This document shows, in pieces, positions 1 through 11,115 of a DNA stretch of 43,253 nt. The translations under genes and the position numbers were made by a program. The DNA is from Culicoidibacterales bacterium (GTDB taxonomy: Bacteria > Bacillota_I > Bacilli_A > Culicoidibacterales > ZOR0006). The stretch is taken from NCBI GenBank assembly GCA_051651525.1, contig JBOFSL010000173.1, forward strand, positions 1-43,253. Direction: 5' to 3'. Position 1 is the first letter of the stretch, and each line of letters starts with the position of its first letter. The notes beneath the pieces are model-generated. The model was not told the origin of the DNA. It ran no database searches and saw only the letters and a program-made list of their open reading frames with translations.

Positions 1-65
1 CCAACACGCGCCTCTTGATAGTACATGATTTCTTCTTCGTTATTTCCACAATTTGAGTTGCACAT
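1..65 (-). CDS. 5' end of an unidentified protein (MCNSNCGNNEEEIMYYQEARV...), truncated by the window edge
   Basis: Minus-strand ATG at 65 preceded by GGAGG; frame open to base 1; candidate minus-strand promoter TTTACT(134-129)-17-TATACT(111-106). Confidence 0.55.
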   Translation of the reverse strand, partial: MCNSNCGNNEEEIMYYQEARV

Positions 66-253
66 AAGTATAATCCTCCAGTATAGTTAAATAATATCTA
101 CTTTCAGTATAGAGAATGCAATTTTGAAAGTAAAGGAGAATGCACATGAATTCTGAAACATTTTTTGCAAGGACAACAACCAAAGCAATGGTAAAATGAA
201 GAAGCTATGTTATAATAAGAACAACCAAAAAATTGTGAAAGGTGGGGTTGAAG

Positions 254-1105
254 ATGCAACGACAAAAAAGTTTTATTGACCAACAACCAACGCTTTATTT
301 AGTACCAACACCGATTGGTAATTTAGATGATATGACATTTCGTGCAGTAAAAATTTTACAAACTGTTGATTTTATTGCTGCTGAAGATACGCGAGTAACG
401 AAAAAATTGTGTAACCATTTTGATATTACGACACCACTTGTGAGCTTACATGAGCATAATGAGTGGCAAAAACGCGAGTGGATTGTTGAACAATTACAGT
501 TAGGAAAACATATTGCTCTCGTTTCAGATGCGGGGATGCCATGTATTTCTGATCCAGGCGTACAACTTGTCGAAGCAGTATTAGCGCACAATTTGCCAGT
601 CGTCCCCTTACCAGGAGCAAATGCGGCGTTAACAGCATTAATTGCCTCAGGGTTAACACCACAGCCGTTTTATTTCTATGGATTCCTCGCCCATAAGAAG
701 AGTGAAAAGAAAAAACAAATTGCCCAATTAGCCGATTTAACCGATACGATTGTTTTTTATGAATCACCACATCGGATTAAAGAAACACTTCAATTCATGT
801 TGGAAGGATTTGGCGATCGTCGTGTTGTACTTGCTCGCGAATTAACGAAAAAATTTGAAGAGTTTTTACGTGGATCAATTAGTGAAGTGATTGATGTATG
901 TGAAGGTCTTAAAGGTGAGATGGTCGTAATCGTTGAAGCTGGAGATGGTCCAGTTGTTGACACGTGGTGGGAAACAGTGAATGTGGCTCAACATGTTGAA
1001 CACTATATTGAACAAGGGATGATGACAAAAGAGGCGATTAAACAAGCCGCAGTTGATCGTCAAGTACCGAAAAAAATTATTTATTCGCAATATCATGGAT
1101 TATAA
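254..1105 (+). CDS. rsmI: 16S rRNA C1402 2'-O-methyltransferase RsmI (YabC)
   Basis: LYLVPTPIGNLDDMTFRA, AAEDTR, VSDAGMPCISDPG, FYESPHR, ARELTKKFEE; MQRQKSF start as in YabC. Confidence 0.97.
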   Translation: MQRQKSFIDQQPTLYLVPTPIGNLDDMTFRAVKILQTVDFIAAEDTRVTKKLCNHFDITTPLVSLHEHNEWQKREWIVEQLQLGKHIALVSDAGMPCISDPGVQLVEAVLAHNLPVVPLPGANAALTALIASGLTPQPFYFYGFLAHKKSEKKKQIAQLADLTDTIVFYESPHRIKETLQFMLEGFGDRRVVLARELTKKFEEFLRGSISEVIDVCEGLKGEMVVIVEAGDGPVVDTWWETVNVAQHVEHYIEQGMMTKEAIKQAAVDRQVPKKIIYSQYHGL

Positions 1106-1110
1106 TAATG

Positions 1111-1149
1111 AAAGCAAGCAAGACGTTCTTAAGCGTGTTGCTTGCTTTT
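1111..1149 (+). terminator. Intrinsic terminator after rsmI
   Basis: Inverted repeat AAAGCAAGCAA...TTGCTTGCTTT. Confidence 0.7.
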
Positions 1150-1240
1150 GGAAATACGTAATTTAAGAGTAATTCATTTAAGTTTAGTGATGAACTATGG
1201 TACAATTTATAAAACTATTTAAAAAGAATGAGGAATTATT

Positions 1241-1987
1241 ATGAACCAAGTACTAGAAACAATTGCCAATCGTCACTCAGTGCGACACTATTTACCAACA
1301 CCGGTTGAAGCAGACAAATTACAAGCAATTATTGAAGCGTATCGATTAGCACCAAACAGTATTAATGGTCAACAAACGACGTTAATGGTTATTCAAGATC
1401 CAGAACGAAAAGCGAAAATGATGCAATATGCTTATGGTCAACCGTATATTGGTCAAGCACCAGTCTTCTTTGTGATTTGTGTCGATTTCCATCGTATTGC
1501 CGTTGCTGGAGCAGCACAAGGGATTGAAGTGCAGCCTGATAATTTAGATGCACTCGTAACCGGAGCTTTTGATGGTGGGTTAGCATTACAAAATATGATG
1601 ATTGCTGCTCAAAGTATTGGGTTATCAACAGTCACAATTGGTGCGATTCGTGGAAACATTGATGAAATTCGTGAAGAATTACAATTACCAAAACATGTTT
1701 TACCGTTAGTTGGACTTGTCGTAGGATATGCGAATCCAGAAACGACAACCACACCAAAACCACGTTTACCACAATCTGCAACAGTTTTCTTTGAGCAATA
1801 TGATGAAACAAACATCCTTGCCGATGTGCAAGCATTTGATGCAGAAATTTTAGGTTACAATGTGACACGCGAAGGAAAAAAATCAACAGCTAGTTGGATT
1901 GGAAAAACAGCAGGATTCTACAGTAAAAATATCAATCCAAAATTTATGACACAATTAAAAAATGCTGGATTTGATTTGAAAGAATAA
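1241..1987 (+). CDS. NADPH-dependent nitro/flavin reductase, NfsA/NfrA family
   Basis: NRHSVRHY, APNSINGQ, GLSTVTIGAIR, LPKHVLPLVGLVVGY, PKPRLP motifs; GAGG RBS. Confidence 0.88.
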   Translation: MNQVLETIANRHSVRHYLPTPVEADKLQAIIEAYRLAPNSINGQQTTLMVIQDPERKAKMMQYAYGQPYIGQAPVFFVICVDFHRIAVAGAAQGIEVQPDNLDALVTGAFDGGLALQNMMIAAQSIGLSTVTIGAIRGNIDEIREELQLPKHVLPLVGLVVGYANPETTTTPKPRLPQSATVFFEQYDETNILADVQAFDAEILGYNVTREGKKSTASWIGKTAGFYSKNINPKFMTQLKNAGFDLKE

Positions 1988-2003
1988 CAATAAGCTTTTT
2001 TAG

Positions 2004-2032
2004 TTGCAACAATGGCAAATGCTCGTTATAAT
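2004..2032 (+). promoter_or_regulatory. SigA-type promoter
   Basis: TTGCAA(2004-2009)-17 bp-TATAAT(2027-2032). Confidence 0.65.
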
Positions 2033-2037
2033 AAGGA

Positions 2038-2144
2038 AGAGATTTGTGATTGGTTCACCAGAATATCTGGCTGAACACAGGAGCAAAGCTTAGTAAAAAT
2101 CAGTTTCAAAATAAAAGCCGCGTTATGCGGCTTTTATTTTTTTT
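2038..2144 (+). ncRNA. Candidate small structured RNA ending in an intrinsic terminator
   Basis: Own promoter, internal hairpins, terminator AAAATAAAAGCCGCG-TTA-TGCGGCTTTTATTTT plus T-run (2108-2144). Confidence 0.45.
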
Positions 2145-2214
2145 ATATTGTTGTTTTTGATAACTGATGATACAATGCAAGTAGTTAATTTCGTGAGAAG
2201 TTAAAGATAAATAA

Positions 2215-2448
2215 GCAGCGATGAAGGAAAGAGTAATTGTTATGGCGTCAAGAGAGTCAGTGGGTGGTGCAAACTGAACGTTCGAAAACAATGAAAATGG
2301 CTCCTGAGCTACTTCTGTGAACAAAAGTTAGCAGAAGTCGTAAACCAGCGTTAATGGTAAGAGGGCAGCGAGTTATTCGCTGAACTAAGGTGGTACCGCG
2401 TAACTTTTACGTCCTTAGATAAGTTTTTTTATCTTTGGGCGTTTTTTT
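2215..2448 (+). promoter_or_regulatory. Met-specific T-box riboswitch leader
   Basis: Stem I AGAGA and GGTGCAA motifs, specifier ATG at 2297-2299 before CTCCTGAG, T-box AAGGTGGTACCGCG 2387-2400, terminator about 2410-2448; upstream promoter TTGTTG-17-TACAAT (2148-2176) with TG extension. Confidence 0.93.
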
Positions 2449-2464
2449 GAAAGCAGGTGAAAAG

Positions 2465-4653
<2,189 letters not shown>

Positions 4654-4661
4654 GAAGTAAG

Positions 4662-4695
4662 AAAGGAGTTGGCAAGTTGCCACACTCCTTTTTTT
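4662..4695 (+). terminator. Intrinsic terminator after metG
   Basis: AAAGGAGTTGGCAA-G-TTGCCACACTCCTTT plus T-run. Confidence 0.85.
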
Positions 4696-4815
4696 GTGGT
4701 ACGGTTAATAAGTAAAAAATAGTATTTAATAATAAAATGATTATAAAATACATTTTAAAAACTTTTTTAAGTAATTAAATAAAACGATAATTTAGAAAAC
4801 TTGAGGTGAGAAATT

Positions 4816-5586
4816 ATGTTTTTTGATACACATTGTCATTTGAATGCCGAACAATTTCGTGGTGAAATTGAGGGAATTCTTGAAAATGCGAAACAAGCAG
4901 ACGTCAAATTTATGTTAGTTGTGGGCTTTGATCGCCAAACAATTGAAGATGCTGTGAGTTTAGCAGAAGCTCATGAACATATTTATGCTGCCGTTGGTTG
5001 GCACCCAGTCGATGCCATCGATTTGACAGAAACGGACTTAGCAAGAATTGAACAGCTGATGATACATCCAAAAGTTGTCGCTGTTGGGGAGATTGGTTTA
5101 GACTATCATTGGGATAAATCACCGTATGAAGTCCAACAAATTGTATTTGAACAACAAATTGAATTAGCACTCAAATATGATAAACCAATCATTGTCCATG
5201 ACCGTGATGCACACCAAGCAGTATATGAAACGTTAAAAAAATATGCACAACGTGGTTTGCGTGGGGTTATGCATAGCTATTCAGCAAGTAGCGAAATGGT
5301 GAAAGCCTTTACAGAGTTAGGATTTATGATATCATTAAGTGGAGTTATTACTTTTAAGAACGCTAAAATGCCAAAAAAAGTTGCCGAACTCACACCATTA
5401 GAATATTTATTAATTGAAACAGACGCGCCATATTTAACACCGCATCCCTACCGCGGAAAACGAAATGAACCAGCATATGTGGCGCTCGTTGCCGAAGAAA
5501 TTGCTTTGTTAAAAGGGATATCTGTAGACGAAGTAGCGAAAGCAACAAGTGAGAATGCAAAACGCTTATTCAAAATCGAAATTTAG
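4816..5586 (+). CDS. tatD: TatD family DNase
   Basis: DTHCHL, GWHP, VAVGEIGLDYHW, IVHDRDA, ETDAPYL, RGKRNEP. Confidence 0.96.
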   Translation: MFFDTHCHLNAEQFRGEIEGILENAKQADVKFMLVVGFDRQTIEDAVSLAEAHEHIYAAVGWHPVDAIDLTETDLARIEQLMIHPKVVAVGEIGLDYHWDKSPYEVQQIVFEQQIELALKYDKPIIVHDRDAHQAVYETLKKYAQRGLRGVMHSYSASSEMVKAFTELGFMISLSGVITFKNAKMPKKVAELTPLEYLLIETDAPYLTPHPYRGKRNEPAYVALVAEEIALLKGISVDEVAKATSENAKRLFKIEI

Positions 5587-5596
5587 GAGGAATTTT

Positions 5597-6652
5597 ATGA
5601 ATACAATAGGACCAGAAACGTCTAAGCAGACACCGATAGCAAATCGTCACATTTTTCGTGCGCTGATTCTTGTTGGTTTCCTTGTAATTGCACTTGTTGG
5701 ATTTAGTACGCCAAAACAAGTCAGTATCCGTATCGATGAAAAATTATATGTCACGCATACGTCGAAAACGTATGTTGGTCAATTATTGACTGAATATATT
5801 GATCCACAAACAGAAATGATAATTAATTATGACAAAGGTGAAGCTTTAGTTGATGAAATGGAAATAATTATTGCCACACCAAAATTACTCGAAATTGAAA
5901 TTGATGAAACAAAAAAAACTGTGACAACTTCTGCGTTACAAGTCAAAGATTTTTTATTTGAACAAGGGTTAACAGCTTCAAAAGGCTATACGCTTATGAA
6001 TACTGAGCCAGAAGCTTACTTATCGAATCAAATGATACTCCATTTTGATTATACAACGTATGAAGAAAAAGTGATAAGCGAGACGACCGAGCCGATTATC
6101 GAATACGTTGAAGATGACACGTTAGTCGAAGGTGAAGAAAATATTGTGCAAGCCGGAGAAGCGACTGTGATTGAGCGGACGTATGCAATCCGGACAGTAA
6201 ATGAAGAAGTTGTTGAACGAACATTGATACAAGAAATCGTAACAACACCAGGACAGGCAACAATTATTGCTTTAGGTACAAAAGTTGAAGAGCCAGAGCC
6301 TGAACCGGTTGTTGAAACTGTCAAGAATGAAGTAGCTATCGTTGAACCGGAAACAGAAGTTGTCAACACAATAACAATGAAAATGACATTTTACGGATGC
6401 CAGTCGTGTGGGTCAGCTTCAGGAATCCCAGTTGACTCAGATACGAAAATGTACCAAGGTATGCGCATTCTTTCCGCTGATTGGTCAATTTTACCAGCAG
6501 GATCAATTGTAAATGTTCCAGGCTGGGGGCAATCAATTGTCCTTGATACTGGGGTATCTGGGAATCATATTGATATGTTCATCGGAAAAGATCCTGTGCC
6601 AAGCCACGGAGTTGAAAATCCAACAATTGAAGTTATCCGTTTAGGATGGTAA
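5597..6652 (+). CDS. YabE-like cell-wall protein (TM/signal, DUF348-like repeats, G5, 3D domain), paralog 1
   Basis: AGGAGG RBS; N-terminal hydrophobic helix; G5-like segment ending IIALGTK; 3D Asp motifs SADWS, VLDTG, HIDMF; yabE position between tatD and rnmV. Confidence 0.85.
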   Translation: MNTIGPETSKQTPIANRHIFRALILVGFLVIALVGFSTPKQVSIRIDEKLYVTHTSKTYVGQLLTEYIDPQTEMIINYDKGEALVDEMEIIIATPKLLEIEIDETKKTVTTSALQVKDFLFEQGLTASKGYTLMNTEPEAYLSNQMILHFDYTTYEEKVISETTEPIIEYVEDDTLVEGEENIVQAGEATVIERTYAIRTVNEEVVERTLIQEIVTTPGQATIIALGTKVEEPEPEPVVETVKNEVAIVEPETEVVNTITMKMTFYGCQSCGSASGIPVDSDTKMYQGMRILSADWSILPAGSIVNVPGWGQSIVLDTGVSGNHIDMFIGKDPVPSHGVENPTIEVIRLGW

Positions 6653-6655
6653 GAC

Positions 6656-6690
6656 AAAACCGAACCAAATTATTTGGCTCGGTTTTTCTT
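6656..6690 (+). terminator. Intrinsic terminator
   Basis: AAAACCGAACCAAAT-T-ATTTGGCTCGGTTTT followed by long T-run. Confidence 0.8.
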
Positions 6691-7090
6691 TTTTTTTTTT
6701 TAAAAAGAAAATCATGAAAGTTAGAGAAACATCAGCAAAATCGCGAAGTGAAGGAAATTTCTGATTGGATTTTCACTTTTTAATATATTACAATGCGAAA
6801 GAAAAATTCGGTATTTTACTAAATTAACTAAATAAAAAACTGTAAAAACACCTATTTTTTGTGCATTCGCCCTATAAAAACCGATATTTTTAAGTTTCAA
6901 GTAAAATTTTTTTCATTTTTGCCGAAAAAAGAAAATCAATAAAAAAAAGTTTGCTTTTTTTAAAAGGTTGTGTTAGGGTTAGAAAAGTCGTTCGAGCACA
7001 AGCTGACGAATTATCCAAATTTAAAAAATTCTGTAAAAAAATACGGATTTATAGGCAGGAAACTGTTACTATTTCAGGAGGTAGAAATTT

Positions 7091-8155
7091 ATGAATATGC
7101 AAGGAAAAGAACCAGCCACCAAGAACAAAGGTCGTTTACGACCGATGATTTTAAGAGCTTCACAAGTAGTGGCAATGATGATGACATTTACTTTTGCGAC
7201 AATCGGTTTTCAACCAGCACCTCAAGGTGTATATATCCAAATTGACGACACAGTCGTTTATCAAGAAACAGCTGAACAAGATGTGGCGACAGTTCTCGCA
7301 ACGAGCAACATTGAAGTTGAGGCGGGATCAGTAATCAAGCCAGGTGAAGCATCACAGGTTCAAGATGGAATGTACATCACAATTTCGACACCAAAAACAA
7401 TTACACTTAAAGTTGGGGAAGCAGCCCAAACACTTGAAACAACAGCTTTAACAATTTCAGATTTAATCGCTGAAAAAAATATTGATGAAACAAACACAGT
7501 TTTAGCGACACTTTCAGCGCAAGAGTATATCAAAGAGAATATGACAATTATTTTTAATGAAGTTACACAAACGCAAGAAACTGCGAATGAAACAAATCCA
7601 GTAGGCGTTGAATACACAACCGATGACTCACTCTATGAAGGTGAAGAAGCTGTTATTCAAATTGGAATTGATCAAGAAGTGACAAAAGTTTACAATGTCA
7701 CGAAGGTTAATGGTCAAGAAACAAAGCGAACATTTGTAAGTGAAACAATTACCAATGTTGGTCAAGCTGAAATTATCGCACAAGGAACGCAAGTTCGTTC
7801 TGAACAAGCAGTTGCAACAATGGCAATGAGTGAAGCACCAACAATGACAATGGAAATGTCAGGATACAGTATCGAGGGGAGTCAATATTTTGATGAATGT
7901 ACCGCAGCTTCAGGTTATGAAATTTGCGAATCACCATATTACAACCACCCAACATACGGAAAAATTCGCATTGTAGCGGCCGATACGAGTATCGTCCCAA
8001 TGGGAAGTATTATTGATATTGAAGGATTTGGAAAAGCGATTGTCCTTGATACAGGAAGTTATATTAAAGGCTATCGTTTAGATTTATTGTTCACAACTGA
8101 TGCGGAAGCAATACAATGGGGACGTAACGATGTCGGAGTGGCAATCGTTGAATAA
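7091..8155 (+). CDS. YabE-like cell-wall protein (DUF348-like, G5, 3D domain), paralog 2
   Basis: AGGAGG RBS; signal/TM segment; G5-like IIAQGT; 3D motifs VAADTSIVPMGS, VLDTGSYIKGYRLDL, AIQWGR. Confidence 0.87.
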   Translation: MNMQGKEPATKNKGRLRPMILRASQVVAMMMTFTFATIGFQPAPQGVYIQIDDTVVYQETAEQDVATVLATSNIEVEAGSVIKPGEASQVQDGMYITISTPKTITLKVGEAAQTLETTALTISDLIAEKNIDETNTVLATLSAQEYIKENMTIIFNEVTQTQETANETNPVGVEYTTDDSLYEGEEAVIQIGIDQEVTKVYNVTKVNGQETKRTFVSETITNVGQAEIIAQGTQVRSEQAVATMAMSEAPTMTMEMSGYSIEGSQYFDECTAASGYEICESPYYNHPTYGKIRIVAADTSIVPMGSIIDIEGFGKAIVLDTGSYIKGYRLDLLFTTDAEAIQWGRNDVGVAIVE

Positions 8156-8245
8156 AAGACATCGTTAGGTGTCTTTTTTTTTGTAATTAGAACAATTATT
8201 GAAAACATGATAAAATGAAAAAAGAGAAATTGAGGTGGCAAGGAT

Positions 8246-8797
8246 ATGGAATTTCAAGAAGTCATTGTTGTTGAGGGTCGAGACGATACAATTCGTTTGC
8301 GTGCATATTTTGATGTGGATACAATTGAAACGAACGGTTCGGCAATTAATGCCCAAACCCTTGAAGTGATTAGGGAAGCACAAAAGCAGCGAGGGGTAAT
8401 TGTGTTCACGGACCCTGATTATCCAGGTGAAAAAATTCGCAAAACAATTATGCAAGCAATCCCGGAAGTGAAGCATGCATATTTACGTCGCGAAGATTGT
8501 CAGGCAAAGAATGGAAAAGTGGGTATTGAGCATGCAAAACGGCCAGCATTAGAGCAAGCGTTGCAAGCAGTCGTGACTCCGAAGCAAGATCTGAGTGCGG
8601 TTACATGGGAACAATTAATTCAACTTGATTTAATTGTTGGTTCACAAGCAAAACTTGATCGTGCCAAAGTTGCCCAATATTTTCACCTCGGTCACGTGAA
8701 TGCGAAGCAATTTCACAAACGGCTCCAAATGTTTGGAATTACCGCAACACAACTCGTGACTTATTTACGAGATTTAGAAACAAGTGAGGGAAAATAA
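8246..8797 (+). CDS. rnmV: Ribonuclease M5
   Basis: EVIVVEGRDD, TIETNGSA, GVIVFTDPDYPGEKIR, GIEHA. Confidence 0.96.
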   Translation: MEFQEVIVVEGRDDTIRLRAYFDVDTIETNGSAINAQTLEVIREAQKQRGVIVFTDPDYPGEKIRKTIMQAIPEVKHAYLRREDCQAKNGKVGIEHAKRPALEQALQAVVTPKQDLSAVTWEQLIQLDLIVGSQAKLDRAKVAQYFHLGHVNAKQFHKRLQMFGITATQLVTYLRDLETSEGK

Positions 8798-9676
8798 ATG
8801 AAGAGAATTGCGACACCATCGAATACAAAAGAAATTTTAGCGAAACATGGTTTTAGTATGAAAAAGAAATTTGGTCAAAACTTTTTAATTGATCAAAATG
8901 TCTTGAGTAATATTGTTGAACGTGCCGAAGTTGGCCCCACAACAGGAGTCATTGAAATTGGACCAGGAATTGGGGCACTAACAGAGCATTTAGCACATAG
9001 TGCAAAAAAAGTGATTGCGTTTGAAATTGATAAAACATTACAACCAATTTTAGCGGACACACTCAGCCAATACGATAATATTAAAATTATTTGGCAAGAT
9101 ATTTTAGAGGCGGATTTAGCAGCAATTTATGCAGAAGAATTTGCTGATTGCGATCACGTCAGTGTTGTGGCTAATTTACCTTACTATATTACGACACCAA
9201 TTTTAACAAAGTTAATTGAAAGTCGCTTACCATTTAAAAATTTAGCAGTCATGATGCAAAAAGAAGTAGCGCAACGTTTAAGTGCGAGTCCGAGTACGAA
9301 AGAATACGGATCATTAACAATTGCGATGCAATTATACGCAGATGTCTCAATTATTTTAAATGTCCCAAAAAATGTTTTTATTCCGCAACCAAATGTTGAT
9401 TCAGCAGTTGTCCGTTTAGCGATGTTAGAGAAACCACGCGTTGATTTAGCTGATGAGCGTATATTTTTTGCAATGACACGTGGGGCATTTGCCTACCGTC
9501 GTAAAACGATTCAAAATAATTTTAATACATTGTTCAAAGACAAAGAATATGTGACACAATTATTAGAAACTTGCGAGGTTAGTCCAAAACTTCGCGGAGA
9601 AGCACTTGATTTAACAATATTTGCCAAACTTGCAAATCAAGTTGTCGCAGATGGAAAACAAAATTTACTCAAATAA
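8798..9676 (+). CDS. rsmA: 16S rRNA adenine dimethyltransferase
   Basis: KKKFGQNFL, EIGPGIGALTE, VANLPYYITTPI, MMQKEVA, VDSAVV. Confidence 0.98.
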   Translation: MKRIATPSNTKEILAKHGFSMKKKFGQNFLIDQNVLSNIVERAEVGPTTGVIEIGPGIGALTEHLAHSAKKVIAFEIDKTLQPILADTLSQYDNIKIIWQDILEADLAAIYAEEFADCDHVSVVANLPYYITTPILTKLIESRLPFKNLAVMMQKEVAQRLSASPSTKEYGSLTIAMQLYADVSIILNVPKNVFIPQPNVDSAVVRLAMLEKPRVDLADERIFFAMTRGAFAYRRKTIQNNFNTLFKDKEYVTQLLETCEVSPKLRGEALDLTIFAKLANQVVADGKQNLLK

Positions 9677-9746
9677 AAAAGATGGCATCGCCATCTTTTT
9701 TTTGATACAGTAGAAAAAGAAGAAGTGATTGAAGGGAGACTTGAAC

Positions 9747-10598
9747 ATGGAAATACGTGTGAAAGCAAATGCAAAAATAAACTTAACTTTAGATACTTTG
9801 GCTAAGCGACCTGATGGATTTCACGAAGTTGAAATGGTCATGACTACATTGGAGCTTGCTGATTACATTAGTGTGATGCCACAAAATAATCAAAACATTG
9901 TGATTGAAACAACTTCAGGCTTGATACCCAATGATCAACAAAATTTATGTTTTAAAGTTGCCGATTTGATGCGAAAAACATATGGTATTACTGCTGGTGT
10001 GACGATAATGATTGAAAAAAACATTCCCGTGGCAGCAGGATTAGCGGGTGGAAGTGCCGATGCCGCCGCGACGTTTCACGCGTTAAACCAACTTTGGGAA
10101 CTCAAACTATCATTGGAAACATTACAGACATTAGGGGCGAAAATCGGCTCAGATGTGCCGTTCTGCTTATTGAACACAACTGCTTTAGCCACGGGTCGTG
10201 GTGAAAAGTTAGTAGCATTACCAAAACCACCGAAATGTTGGGTTGTCCTGGCTAAACCACAAATCGGATTATCAACAGCAGAAGTTTATGGGAAGTTGGA
10301 TATTGCGAATGCACCACATCCGGATACCCAACGAATGATCCAAGCTTTAGAACAAAACGACTACGAGGGTATGTGCCAAACACTAGGAAATAGTTTGGAA
10401 GCGGTGAGTTTAGATTTGTGTGAACAAATTAAACAAATTAAGCTTGTGATGGAGCAAAGTGGTGCTGATGGAGTGTTAATGAGTGGGAGCGGGCCGACTG
10501 TTTTTGCTTTCACAAAGAGTGAAAGTCGCAAAAATCGTATAATCAATAGTTTGAATGGTTTTTGCTATACAGTACTTGAAACACGAATTAAAGGCTAA
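9747..10598 (+). CDS. ispE: 4-diphosphocytidyl-2-C-methyl-D-erythritol kinase
   Basis: AKINLTL, KNIPVAAGLAGGSADAAA, IGSDVPF, LMSGSGPTVF. Confidence 0.97.
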   Translation: MEIRVKANAKINLTLDTLAKRPDGFHEVEMVMTTLELADYISVMPQNNQNIVIETTSGLIPNDQQNLCFKVADLMRKTYGITAGVTIMIEKNIPVAAGLAGGSADAAATFHALNQLWELKLSLETLQTLGAKIGSDVPFCLLNTTALATGRGEKLVALPKPPKCWVVLAKPQIGLSTAEVYGKLDIANAPHPDTQRMIQALEQNDYEGMCQTLGNSLEAVSLDLCEQIKQIKLVMEQSGADGVLMSGSGPTVFAFTKSESRKNRIINSLNGFCYTVLETRIKG

Positions 10599-10710
10599 AT
10601 CTAGTACTCAAAAATATAATTTTCACTTAAATAATTCGAAAAGTCATGACACCTTCACTGTGATTCACTATAATAGCGCTGTAATTTAAAACACACGGGG
10701 GTACTCAACT

Positions 10711-10986
10711 ATGAAGATTACAAATGTACGAGTGAGAGTTGTTGAAAAAGAGGGAAGAATGAAGGCAATTGCTTCATTGACACTAGATGAAGCAGTAGTG
10801 ATTCATGATATTCGCGTTATTGAGGGTGGAGAAGGTGTATTTGTGGCAATGCCATCACGGCGATTACCAACAGGAGAATTCCGTGATATTGCTCATCCAA
10901 TCAATGCAGAAACGCGAGTGTTGTTTGAAAAAGCGATATTGGCTGAATATAACAAAGCTTTAACGGAAGCTGAAGCAAAAGCATAA
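10711..10986 (+). CDS. spoVG: SpoVG nucleic-acid-binding protein
   Basis: [35 protein letters not shown]; SigA-like ATGACA-17-TATAAT at 10646-10674. Confidence 0.97.
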   Translation: MKITNVRVRVVEKEGRMKAIASLTLDEAVVIHDIRVIEGGEGVFVAMPSRRLPTGEFRDIAHPINAETRVLFEKAILAEYNKALTEAEAKA

Positions 10987-11115
10987 ATGATGATACAGAC
11001 AAGAAAGCCAGCACGACTGGCTTTTTTGAGGATAAATTTGATTCCTTCTTGCTTTCTTGAAAAAAAAATGATTTTCAAGTACAATAGGATGTGAATAAGT
11101 TTAGGAGGATGACAA

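Noticed and set aside
146-199. 17-aa ORF MNSETFFARTTTKAMVK with an AAGGAG RBS-like sequence
   Set aside because: Lies between divergent promoters, its RBS overlaps the minus-strand -35 element, and there is no clear promoter or recognisable homology
6689-6701. 13-nt poly-T run as a possible phase-variation tract
   Set aside because: It is the tail of a terminator and is outside any CDS or promoter spacer
6970-7245. 91-aa + strand ORF overlapping the second yabE paralog
   Set aside because: No RBS, runs through a promoter region and overlaps a well-supported gene out of frame
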